From assembly GCA_964252035.1 (NCBI GenBank), contig OZ176201.1: DNA of 64,000 bases. One strand, given 5' to 3'. The notes beneath the pieces are model-generated. The model was not told the DNA's origin. It saw only the letters and a list, made by a program, of their open reading frames with translations, and did no database searches. How positions within the stretch are numbered: the stretch's first letter is position 1; the number at the start of each line of letters is the position of its first letter. A program made the translations under genes and the position numbers. The stretch comes from Podarcis erhardii (taxonomy: Eukaryota). Shown one piece after another: positions 1 through 11,900 of this stretch.

Positions 1-9
1 CTAAAAGTT

Positions 10-366
10 GGGTGTGGGTGGCGCTGTGGGTTAAACCACAGAGCCTAGGACTTGCCAATCAGAAGGTCGGCGGTTCGAATCCTCGTGACGGGGTGAGCTC
101 CCGTTGCTCAGTCCCAGCTCCTGCCAACCCAGCAGTTCGAAAGCACTTCAAAGTGCAAGTAGATAAATAGGTCCCGCTCCGGTGGAAAGGTAAACAGCGT
201 TTCCGTGTACTGCTCTGGTTCACCAGAAGCGGCTTAGTCATGCTGGCCACATGACCCGGAAGCTGTACGCCGGCTCCCTCGGCCAGTAAAGCGAGATGAG
301 CACCGCAACCCCAGAGTAGGTCACGACTGGACCTAATGGTCAGGGGTCCCTTTACCTTTACCTTAA
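10..366 (+). mobile_element. Full-length Sauria SINE (tRNA-derived head, BovB-like ACCTTT tail)
   Basis: A box ggtggcgctgtgg, B box ggttcgaatcc, tail cctttacctttacctt; TSD ctaaaagtt at 1-9 and 368-376. Confidence 0.93.
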
Positions 367-2489
367 CCTAAAAGTTACAGAGCATAGATAACCAAGGTGA
401 AGTTATCACTGTCCAGATAGGGTCAGAGCTGGGCCATCAGAGGAGGCTGATGGAAGGCACTCCATGCCACCAAGGCCACTTGCCTCAAGTGACGGAAGTG
501 GAGTGTAACCCCATCCAGAACAGGTTGAGCTCCACCCCACTAGTTCGTGCCTTAGTCTTATCTGTGGGCCAGTCCATTTGTTGATCAAGATGGGGGTCTT
601 AAGAGGTTCTTAAGCACAATCAAATGAATTCCCATACCCTGTGAACCACGGATGCATGAGGAGCAAGTCTCTGTCCTTCAACCTTGGTCCAAGTAGACAC
701 AGCACAATACATGCAAGTAGAATTCGAGTGGAAGTTTGTTTGTTTGTTTTTGTTTCTTTGTTTGTTTGTTTGTTTAGAGTAAATCATAGAAGTGGCAGCC
801 GATCCGGATGAGGACTGCAGTGGGGGCAGGCAAGGAACCAAAGCCTACTTATCCCTCACCGGGGTGTGATCCAGACTGGGGTCTCATGTCTGCTGTGTAC
901 TCTTGCAAAACAACATTTCATGAACACTGACTTGTCTAGAATGGCAAAATTAGTGAACCACCTTGTGGGGGCAATTGTGTGGATGAAGCGGGTAAGCAAT
1001 ATCAAGGAGTTGGCATTCAAGGTCTATTACCATCAAGAAGCTGTTGCTGTTGTCCTTTCTATGGGACCTCTATAAACCAAGCAGCGCACATAAAACAAAG
1101 TAAAAAGACACAGCAGCCTCTGCCCTCAGGCTTACATTCTGAGTAAAACATGTTGTATGAGGGGGATGTTTGGAAAAGGGCAAGTTTAGAGGAAGATGAA
1201 GGGAAGGAGCCATTTGTTTTTTTAAATGGGATTTTGCACAGTGGAAGGAGCCAGACCCATGCCAAAAGGGGTGAGGATGTTCTAATGGTGGCAAGCAGCA
1301 AGGGAGAAAGTGTGCAGTCAAGGAGTCGGGGATTTGATTCTGCCAGCTGTGGGGCCCAAGACTTCCAAAGGAGGGAGAAGGGGCATAGAAAAATATATAT
1401 ATTTTTTGGCCGTTTGGGGGGAATAGCTAAGCCAGTGGGAACAAGGGAATGAAGACAGAAAGAGGGAGACAAATTCAGGAAAGAGTAACTTGATCGTAGC
1501 AACGAGCAGTGGCGAGTGGAATAATTAAAAACAGAGGCAAAAGGATTGATGGAAAAGGCAGGAAGACCAAGCAAGAGAGCAGCTGCAAGAGTCAGGAATG
1601 GGGAGAAGGAGCGAAAGCTTCAGCTGGCTGTGGAATATTTGTTCTTAGAATAACTAACAGCTTCCAGGATGGCTTCCCTGAACAACAGGCAGGAAGGGAA
1701 AACAAGCTAGGAATACTCCAGGCCCATTTACATCTCTTTAGTGATGTCTTATGTGCAGAGATGAAAATAGGAAGCTGCCTTGCACTGAGCCATAGGCTAT
1801 GTGTGGAATTCAGTGCAGCACTCTGGGAGCAAGGTCTGCTTGTGCAACAGGATTCCCCCCCCCCCGTCCTCTTCCTCCCCACACCCTCCCAGCTCAGTAT
1901 TATCTGCACTGACTGGCAGTGGCTCCATGATCTCAGAAAGGGGTCTCTCCCCCAGGCCCACCTTGAGATGCCAGGGGTGGAACCTGGAACTGTTGCATGC
2001 AGAGCAGATGCTCCACCCACTTGGTTACGGACCTTCCCCAAAGTGGGCGGAGGTGGAGGCAGACACCCTGCCTCTTCCATCTGCTTGGCAGTCAGAGAGG
2101 TGGGAACATGAGTGTTTTGCCTTCCTTGGTTCTCCAGTAAATGCCAAGTCTTACTGCTATTAACAAGTTTCTCACGTCTAGGGTGCCAGGGGAGGGAGGG
2201 CAGGGAAGGAAGTTCTTGTAATCCATGTGCCCTGCACATGAACCCCCAGCTAGCATGGCTGATGGTCAGGGATGATGGGGTTCGGAGTCCAACCACATCT
2301 GGAAGGTATCACATTGGCTACCCATTCATTGTCGTATGAAGTAAGCCAGACTCCAGCAACCTGGATCTGAAAGAGGGCTGGTGGCCTCCAACTCTGTATT
2401 AGGGTCTTGGGGAGAGATGTTTTGTTCTGCCAGGAGCTGGGCTGGTGGCTCTGTTTCTCATCCAGAAGCAACCTTAATTGACCATTGCT

Positions 2490-2725
2490 GTGGCCTAAAC
2501 AAGAACAAGAGTAGCCCTGCTGGCCTTAACATCCTGTTCTCACAGTGGCCAACCAGATGTCTCTATGGGACGCCTGCAAGCAGGACATGAGTGCAGCAGC
2601 CCTCTGGCATTCGGAGGCAGGATGCCACAGATACTGAAGGTAGTTCACAGCCAGCATGGCTAGTAGCCATTGATAGCCTTAACCACCTTCCTCTTTTGAA
2701 GCTATCCAAGCAGGTGGCCATCGCT
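2490..2725 (-). mobile_element. CR1 3' end fragment; related copies at about 13020-13445, 26330-26460, 49185-49410, 56950-57125 and 62185-62365
   Basis: Shared motif catctagtccagcatcctgttctcacagtggccaaccag, typical of squamate CR1 3' ends. Confidence 0.75.
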
Positions 2726-3154
2726 GTGGGATAGCAAAGCTGCTGCCTGTTGTGTTTCCAGTGAATCCATTATCTGCAGCTTTTTCTCACCCCTTCAGAA
2801 GGTTTTTGTCAAGTGGAAAGTAGAATAGCCAGCTAATTAAAAAGGCAAAGCTGAGATATTCTAATCCACTTGAGCAATAGTGATCAAAGGATGATCATAG
2901 GATGATCCCAACCCTGTCAGATGGGCAGCAAACAAATAATAATTATTAATATTAGTATTAGTATTAATACTTGGCAGGGTTGTTTCCACCCCCTCCCAAT
3001 GTTTCAGATCTCATTTGCACGTCTGCCTATACATCTGTGCGGTTGGATGCCCCCTGTCTGTCCACACCAGAGGGTTGAGATGGGGTGTGGATATCTTCAT
3101 ATGGCTTATGTTTTCAAATCAGATCAAAGCCAGTTTGTGGTAGAGGGGAAAACA

Positions 3155-3196
<42 letters not shown>

Positions 3197-3200
<4 letters not shown>

Positions 3201-3632
3201 TTTATTTATATCCTGCCCTTCCCAGCCGAAGCCGGGCTCAGGGCGGCTAACAACAATCAAACAGTACAACAGTACAACACCACACAACACTCTAAAATCA
3301 TTCAGTATAAAATTAACTCAAATCAAACCGATGGCAACCATTGGGCCAGAGCTCCGCGAAGACTGCTGAAGGAGGGAGTCAGGCTGTGCCCTGGCCAAAG
3401 GCCTGGTGGAACAGCTCTGTCTTGCAGGCCCTGCGGAAAGATGTCAAGTCCCACAGGGCCCTAGTCTCTTGTGACAGAGTGTTCCACCAGATTGGAGCCA
3501 CAGCCGAAAAAGCCCTGGCTCTAGTTGAGGCCAGCCTAACCTCTCTGAGGCCTGGGACCTTCAAGATTTTTTTATTTGAAGACCGTAAGTTTCTCTGTTG
3601 GACATACCAGGAGAGGCGGTCCCGCAGCATTT
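3197..3632 (-). mobile_element. L2 LINE 3' end with (AAT)n tail
   Basis: ORF 3379..3630(-) RAFSAVAPIWWNTLS...SFRRACKTELF is a typical L2 ORF2 C-terminus; (AAT)14 at 3155-3196. Confidence 0.85.
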
Positions 3633-5398
3633 TTCAAGAAACTACAGGATAGATGTGGATTGGGGCTAACGCCATGAGTTCACGGCTCAGTGGGAGCAAG
3701 CTGGACACAGATTAAACAGGAGTGTCTGCACAGCATAAGGGTGTGATGACATGTGTGTGGCTCAGTCCCTTTCCCCAAGGATATTCTCCTGCACAGCCAG
3801 CTTAGTATTGCTACAAACTGATTGGACTCTGTTTTCCCCATTTACCAATGCTAACCCGGTGGGCATTTTAGAAAAAAAGTGTCTTGACATATGTCCATGA
3901 AAGATTGCCACTCTCCTTCCTGCCCTGCCTCCACAGCAGATGTACAATCCACACACACACTGCTGCTCTGCTTCTTGTTTCTGCCACTATTCTGTGCTCT
4001 TTTTATCTACTCTTCCCCAGTTGTTGCTGGACTACAGTTCTTGTTATCCCTGACCATTGCTATGCTGGCTGGGGCTGATGGGAGTTGGAGTCCAACAACA
4101 TTTGGCAAACACCAGGTTGGGGAAAGCTGCCGTCTATCTAAGCTGATTTGCCATCAGATCTAACCTGTGTGAGAGATCCAGATCTGCAAACATTCAGCCA
4201 CTCTCCTGTTCCAGTGGCATTCTGGCTCCAGTGAGCCCGGTCCTCTCCCTTGCCTCCTTCCTTTCCCTAATTAATTTAACATCCACCCAATTAATTTAAC
4301 ATTCATTTCCTCCTGGGAATTTTAGTTTGGAAGGGGAAGGAGGCAGATGAATAAAGCTTCTGAACAGATCATTCTTAGCACCTTCCAAGAAACCATGGCA
4401 GCTTATGTAATACAAAACCAAAATAAGTTTATGATCAGGGACATAGCATTACTAACATATAAAAGGCTTGAGGAGTGACGACTGATGAGCATATAATAAG
4501 CTCTTTGAGAATTGGAGTTTATTCACGAATCATTAGCATATAAAACCTCAGGATGATGTATGGCTATATGTATTATATTTATATAAATCACTTGCCCTAT
4601 ACTGTGTTAATCTTAAGGGCATATGAACATTAGAAAACTGTTTGGCTCTCTGGTCGGTCCCCCCCATGTGTTTGCTCTTACTCTCCTTTGTATCATTTAT
4701 CAAAAAATATTGTTGACAATAGTAAACTTGTCTATTGATAGTGGATTGCCTTTAATTCTTTTCTGGATGTTTATATTGGAAATTAATCTTTTGCACTATT
4801 TTTTGTTGCTGCTGCTGCAAATATAAGCCTTGCAAATGTGGCTGCAGGGTGAGGCAAGTACCTAAGACTGTCAGAGTGCTTATATCCAGAATTATAATTT
4901 ATTTAACTGCATCTATACCCCACCCCATTGCCAAAAAGGCTCTCAGAGCAGCTAACAAAAATCAGTACTAAGACTGCCATCAGGCTCACAGTCTAAAAAG
5001 GCATGACACACAAGGAAAAAAGAATGGGAGGGAGGAGAGGAAAGCAAGTTCAAGCACAAGTTCATAGTTGCAGCTGAGGTCAGTGGCTGCTCTGGTTGTT
5101 TTGCCTTTTGCCAGTATCAATAGCAGTAAGAAGCAACCGTTCCTGAGATCTTAAAACAAAAGAGGCAGGCTTTGAGCTATGCCTTGAAAGCAATGCTCAC
5201 AAGAAGCCTGTCCTTGTCTCCCCCAATATTTTTGGATTTACTGTGATAGAAAAGGGCCCTAGAATGCTGAGTTGGTAGAGTGGATTCTACCACATCAAAT
5301 TGCAAGTGAAGGATGTCCTTTCTGAAGGCTTCCTTATCTAAGGAATTTTATCCATGCAAGTAAAATGCACAAGGGGGGAAAGGTTCTGTCCAAACCTA

Positions 5399-6014
5399 CC
5401 GTATTTTTCGCCCTATAGGACGCACGTTTTCCCCTCCAAAAATGAAGGGGAAATCTGTGCGTGTCCTATGGGGTGAATGCAGGCTTTCGCTGAAGCTTGG
5501 AGAGCGAGAGGGGTCGGTGCGCACTGACCCCTCTCGCTCTCCAGGCTTCAGGAAGCTATCAGCCTTCCCCAGACTGCGGATAGCAGCCTGCTGCCCGGTG
5601 CGCAGGGCACCCTGAAGCAGAGCGCCCGCGCACTGGGCAGACATCCACAGCCTGGGGAGCCCTGCGGGAGTTCCCGCAGGGCTCCCTAGGCTGTGGATAG
5701 CAGCCTGCTGCACGGAGCGCAGGACACCCTGAAGCAGCGCACCCTGCACTTCGGGCAGACATCGGCCAGCCCCACAAGCTCGGGGGACAGCGGGGAGGCG
5801 CAGCCATCCCGCTGTTCCTTGACCTGGTTTGGAGGCTGGCGCTGGGGAGAAGCCTCACAAACTCGGAGACAGCGGGGAGGCGGAGCGCCGCCATACTGCT
5901 CTTCCCCGACCTGGTTTTGGGGGGGAAATAAAGGGGATAAATTTCCTTTATTTCCCCCCAAAAAAACTAGGTGCGTCCTATGGGACAGAGCGTCCTATGG
6001 GACAAAAAATGCGG
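5399..6014. mobile_element. Non-autonomous Tc1/mariner-superfamily DNA transposon with internal duplications
   Basis: TA flanks at 5397-98 and 6015-16; TIRs ccgtatttttcgccctataggacgc / gcgtcctatgggacaaaaaatgcgg; two internal duplicated blocks (about 5579-5645 vs 5697-5763, and 5782-5829 vs 5864-5920). Confidence 0.88.
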
Positions 6015-7149
6015 TATTTCCTCATTTGACTGCTTGTGTAAACCAGCCTAACAAATGTGAAATTGAGTTGGGCAGGTTCAAAGTGCCCCTGGGAAGAGAT
6101 TTAGCCTCTAGGCACCCCATTCTCCCAAGGCCAGCACTAGCCATTGCATTGTGCTGATGCTAAGAAGCTAGGAAATGTCTTCAGGTGAATACTCAAGCAG
6201 CTTGTAAGGCCAAATGCTTCAGCCAAACTCTCTAAGGCAGGGAGAGGGAACTTGTGGACTTCAGATGTAGATGGACTATGGTTCCCATCATCCTTGACTC
6301 TTGACTAAGTTAGCTAGGGCTGATGGGATTTGGGGTCTATCCTTGGTCATGAGGGAAATAGAATTCTGTTCCCCATACATGTTGTTAGGGGAGGGTGGTT
6401 CAGTGCATGTGGCAGAGAATAAGCTCTCACACACCCCTCTGTGTGAAAGCATGGACATGGTGGCCAAAGATGAATGAGGTTCTGTGTCTTCATATAATGA
6501 AAAGAAGAATTAACAGACCGTGCACTGGACTGGGACTGCTTTATAATGCAGCCAACATTTCAGACACTCACCAAGCACTTTTGTGTCACATGGTGGCATA
6601 CACACACACCGTCATTTTAACTTCACAACAAGCCTGCAAGGTAGGTTAAGAGTTAGTGACACGCTTCGTGCTTAAGCAAGGATTTGAAGCTGGACTTTCC
6701 CAGTCCTAGTTTGACACTCTTAACCACCACCCTGACTTGGCCAAGTGCCACATGTATCTGTTTCACTTGAACCTGGAACTCATAAACGCAGCACTCCTGA
6801 TTTGTGCACATCACAAAACGAATGTGTGTGTGTGTGTGTGTGTGATTGTCATGTGACTGTTTCCACATGCATTCTGTTTTCCTGCGTGGAATTGCTTTCT
6901 GCGTAGGAAACGTGGAACATTTGCAAGCAACCCTGAGCTCCCACCCAGCACCCATTCACCCACCCTTGCACACTGGGGACAGGAAACAGCTGTGCAAGGA
7001 GGCCATCTCAATATGGGATAGATCCTGGGGGTGGGAGTGGGTCTGCCTGGCTCTTACCCATGGAACCCTGATCCTGTGTGTGTGTCCGTCTGCCTGCGGA
7101 AACAAAATGCAGCGGTGCTGAACCCCCGCAGCCTAAAGGCAGGAGTTCT

Positions 7150-8060
7150 TTCTTGCCCATTCCTGGGCATTCCCTAACTTTGTGCTTTCTGAATATTCGC
7201 CCCCCCTTTCCCTTGTACGTGCGGAACCCCGCTTCTGATTTGTTCCTTCTCTCCTCTCTCTCCCCCATGCGGGCACGATCGTGGCTGCCAGCTCCTGACC
7301 CCGGCGCTGCGCCCACGGAGTCTTCCTCTTCCATCTCTGCCCCCCGCCTCCCGCTCGCCCTTAGCCTTCGCTCGCCTCCCGGGTGGCGGGGGACGCAGAG
7401 AGCTCTGCCGCCCCCTCGCCCGCCGTGCCCGCTGCAGGCTCCACTGCTGCAATGGCTCAGCGGGAGCGGGCGGGGGGTGGAGGCGGCGGCGGCGGCGGCG
7501 GCGGCGGTCTGGCTCTGGGAAGCTCTGGAGATCTGGGTGAAGACAGAAGGAGGGAGGCAGAGATGCTGGGGGTGGCGGCGGGAGAGAAGCTGCAGAGGCT
7601 CCTCCCCGCCCTGGGCAGCACCAGCCCAGCCCTGTTGTTCTGTCACTGAGCGCAGGGCTGCGGTGGCGGGAGTGGCCCCCTCCCGCGGGCCCCCTTCCCT
7701 TCCCCGCCCGGCCCGCCGCCGCCGCGCTGCCCCTGCTCCATGGCTGGCACAGTGGGTGACAGAGCCCAGGGCGGCCGGGCGGCACCATGAGGGGCGGGAG
7801 CCAGCAAGGCTGCGCCTGCCACCACTTGTTCCGCAAAGTCCTGGCCAAGTGCAGCTGCTGCCCCTCCCGGGCGCGAGGTGAGTGGGGCGGGGCGGGTGGT
7901 CCTGGCAGCGCCGCTGCTGCTCCCTTCCCTCTCCTCCCCCCCCCCCCGTCCACTTTCTCTGGCACGGCCAGGGCCCTGATTCCGCCCTTCTGCCTGCAGA
8001 ATGCGAGCCCGCTCTCCCCTGCCCACCCCCTGGGTGGGTGCCACCTGCCGGATAACCCAG
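7150..8060. promoter_or_regulatory. CpG island / promoter and 5'UTR of ARHGEF25
   Basis: Sharp rise in GC and CpG density relative to the flanks, GC boxes (gggcgg, ccgccc), (GGC)8, spanning the start codon. The TSS cannot be placed from sequence. Confidence 0.85.
7787..7877 (+). CDS. ARHGEF25: Exon 1 coding part: [30 protein letters not shown], with the N-terminal cysteine (palmitoylation) cluster
   Basis: Start context ggcaccATGA; donor G|gtgagt at 7878, phase 1; homologous to human MRGGHKGGRCACPRVIRKVLAKCGCC. Confidence 0.95.
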
Positions 8061-8903
8061 CACTGCTTCCTGAAGTGGGCACCAGCATCAAGCAGCAGGG
8101 CATGGGCGTTGTCCGTCCTCCCTGCTGGGCAGCCTCACCTGGTGGTCCTGGCTGCTGCCATCTCTTTGGAGCCTCTCTCAGGCCCCTGTGGCTGGGGCAT
8201 CTTCATCTCCTGCTAGCCCCTGGCACTAAAGGGCATTTGCTTTCTATGCTGGGCATCTCTGCGGTTCACCGGTGCCGAGGCTCTGAGGGATGACTTTCCC
8301 CTCGTGGTGTCTCTCGTTGACATCACCCCCTTCCCCTTTATACTAGCCTTCCACTTTTTGCTTCCAACTTCTTTGATTTCAAGCAAGGAATGATTGCACA
8401 AAACAATGTCTGTGCATGTGCCAAGCTCATCTTAGAGGTGCCACTCCCTTGTGGCCAGAGTTGATGGGTGCTCACAGGAAGATGGAGTGAGGTGGGGGTG
8501 GGTGGGTGGGGAGGTGCTGGGAAAAGTTTCTGGCAGGAATCAGGAACATTTGGAAAACGGCTGCCAAATTGGGGGTGGGTGGGGACAGAGGTGAGAGAAA
8601 ACGTGAAGGGTGATTGTGCATTCTGTGGGTTCTGGTCCTTGTTTCTGTACACAAGTATTATTTTTAGCATATATGAATATGCATACATCATGCAGAAGAG
8701 AGCATCCCTGCTTCTGTGTGTGCATGATTGTGATTCTGTGTGCAGCAAAACAGTGTATTTAAGAGTTGCAGAGGTATTTGTGAATTAGAACTCTTCACGC
8801 ATCTCTTGGGGAGCTATGTGTGCATCTCTGTGTACATTGGTTTTTGTGTTCCACCATGCTTGTGGGAGGCTGTGTGCACACAGATGACGTGTGTGCATGG
8901 GTG

Positions 8904-8949
<46 letters not shown>

Positions 8950-11900
8950 AGAAGAGAGATACACACACTATGTGGGGGGGGGGGGAGGCTGTTTGCATGT
9001 GTGTAGAAAAAGCTGAGCAGGAGGAAGGTGTGCATGTGTGTTTGTTTGTCCTTTGTGCCTGTGAATGCACATCTAGCAGGCTGTGAATGGATGGAGCTGT
9101 GTGTTGGGATCTGATACCCTTTTGGTGTGCCATGCTCTGTGTGCAGGCTGCAGAGAGTGTACAGCACACTGTGCATGGACACGTTTTAAAAACAGGAGCG
9201 ACGCAGATTACAAAGCACTTGGTATGTGGAGATGCCAAGCCAGCCTTCCAGGAGTTGCTGAGCAGAAGGGGTGGGTGGGGGTTATGGTGTGCTTCAGGAG
9301 CTGGCTGTTGGGTGCCGTCACTTCCCCACTGCTTGCTACTGCCTCTGTTTCCAGCTGGACTTCATTGCCCAGAAAGTCTAGGTTAGGGTTGAAAGCCATT
9401 AAGCTTGGTGATGGGGAAATGAAAGGGTTATGACCTGAGGAGCTGTAGTGGTATGGTGGGGATGGAGGTGGTGTAGAGCCACGAGCTGTATCTCTGGCAT
9501 TCTAAGAGTTAAAGCTGATCTTGTATGTGTAGGTATAGAATCATGGGACTGTAGAGGTGGAAGGGACCATGGATGTCATCTAGTCCAACCCCATGCAATG
9601 CAGGAATCTTTTACCCAATGCGACCCTGAGATTAAGGGTCCCATGCAGTACTAAAGATAACCACAATCTCTTCTTATACATAGCTCCTTTGCTGATCCTT
9701 ATGCAGAGGCATAGCTATGGGGGGCATAGCTGGGTTTTTTGCCCCGGGTCAAGCCTCCAGAGGGGCGCCATTGAGGTTCCCAGATAGTGTGTACGCAAAT
9801 GCACTGGTTATGGCACTGGTTGTGTCTGTGGTTTTTTTATTTCAGTGAATCCTTTCCCCATTGATTCTCTGCTTGTGAGCATGGGCATAGCCAGGATTTA
9901 GGGACAGGCTTTGTGTTGGGGGAGCAGGACTTCAGTTAAGTATTTTTATTTATTTACTTGATTTAGGCAGAGAGCAGCTGCTCCCCTGCCCCCTCTTGGA
10001 TACACCCATGCTTGCAAGTGTGGGTGGAGGATAAGCACCATCTCTTCTTACACATAACTCCTTTGCTGACCGTTATGTCTAGAACTCCCTCCTAAAGGCT
10101 TGCAGCCTGCCATGTGGAACCTCAGGATGTTGCAGAGGATTCTGGGCCATGTGCTTGGAAGTAGTGCAGCAGTGCCCTGTCCATTTAGGGTCCTGTCCAG
10201 GCCTGTAAGGTCCCTCTGGATGAGAGTGCACCCCCCACCACACCTGGTACTCCTCCCTTGCACATTGCAAAGGAAGCAAAAAAAACCACATCTGAGCCTG
10301 CGAAAGGCCCAGTGGCAAAGGGTATCTGCTTTGCATGCAGAAGTTCCCAGGATCAGTGCCCTGCATCTCCAGGTACATTTTGGAGAGAATCCTGTCTAAA
10401 ACCCTGGAGAGCCACTGGCACTTAGTGAGCTCGATGGACAAATGATCTGACACTATATAAAGCAGCTACCTTTGTTTCTGTGAAGCTTGCCTCATGGAGA
10501 ATCCTCTGAAATGATACAATTTGAACACTGGGCTTATTTTTGTGTGGAACAGAGCAAGATGCACAGTTGTATATCCATATTATATATTAATGTAAAGATT
10601 CTGTGCCTGTGTGAACTGTGATCCTATACTTGGCCCTAGAGAGTCTTCTCATTTCTTCTGCGCAGGAAGTTCAGCGAGGTTTACATGGTTCTTCTGTCCC
10701 CAAACTTTATCCTCCCAACAGTCCTGTGAGGTAGATTAGGCAGAGAGACAGAGACTTGCTCAAGCTCATTTGGTGAGCTTTGTGGCCAAGTCGGGATATG
10801 AACCCTGGTCTCTCAGATCCTAATCCAGCACTCTTATCCATTGCACCAAAGTGGAATTTAAGTAGGATCTTATTCTGGATGCTCTTCTCCTTGGGTGTTG
10901 ACTCCCCTCCAAAGGTAACAAAGTGTGGGGAAGACAGACTAATTCTGGCACCAGTGACTTATTTGGGGGGAGCCCCACCTTAATTCTATTGTTATGCTCA
11001 GACTCTAACAGATGAACATTTGGTTGGTATTAAATAACAGTATTAAATAACTCCCAGAGAGAGGTGTGGATTTTTATTTTTTTAAGAGTGTTATATATGC
11101 TGGTAAAAGGGACCCCTGACTGCTAAGTCCAGTTGCGGACAACTCAGGGGTTGCGGCGCTCAGATCACTTTACTGGCCAAGGGAGCTGGCGTTTGTCTGC
11201 AGACAGCTTCTGGGTCATGTGGCCAGCATGACTAAGCCACTTCTGGCGAACCAGAGCAGTGCACGGAAACGCTGCTTACCTTCCCGCCGGAGTGGTACCT
11301 ATTTATCTACTTGCACTTTGATGTGCTTTCGAACTGCTAGGTTGTCAGGAGCAGGCACTGAACAATGGGAGCTCACCCCATTGCGGGGATTCGAACCACC
11401 AAGCTTCTGGTTGGCAAGCCCAAGGCTCTGTGGTTTAGACCACAGCGCCACCCGCATCCATATATGCTGATATAGTGCACCTACACCTGTAAGTAGCACT
11501 GTGATTCTTCTTATCCCAAATGTTGGGTTTGTATCTTTTCATCCATTCCCAGATGTTCTGTGGGTTTTCCTTTTCAAGTTCTCTGCTCCATTTCCACTGG
11601 GCCTCCAAGTGTTCCCAAAATTGGTTGCTGCCCGATTTCTTTGATTTGATGGGATTGGAATTGGGCCTCTTGGGTCTGATGAGCAGCTGTAATGATGGTG
11701 GCTGTGGTCCTTAGTGAAACTGGAACAGAAGCTGCGGGATCCAGGAAGCCTGACTTCTGTTCCCATCTCTGAGAGAGCAGTTGGGACTTGTGGAGAAGCA
11801 GGAATAAAAGCTGGTATTAATTTCCTCTTCCTGATTCAGAGATCAGAGGTGGTTGTCCATGTCCTTTTCCCACAGTCAACTGGCAGAAGTGTCCATTGCT

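Noticed and set aside
866-1452. ORFs 866..1075 and 1150..1452
   Set aside because: No recognisable domain or convincing exon structure in either strand's translation.
1-7000. Expected upstream syntenic neighbour DTX3 (human order DTX3-ARHGEF25-SLC26A10)
   Set aside because: No DTX3-like C-terminal peptide (GYPDPTYL...ELRAKG) or SLC26A10 exon was recognisable. Both probably lie outside the window.
7008-8293. Several long ORFs (up to 351 aa) on both strands
   Set aside because: Stop-poor GC-rich CpG-island sequence with low-complexity translations. Only 7787-7877 matches a known protein.
11615-11624. CArG box CCAAAATTGG
   Set aside because: An isolated 10-mer is expected by chance in 64 kb, and there is no supporting cluster.
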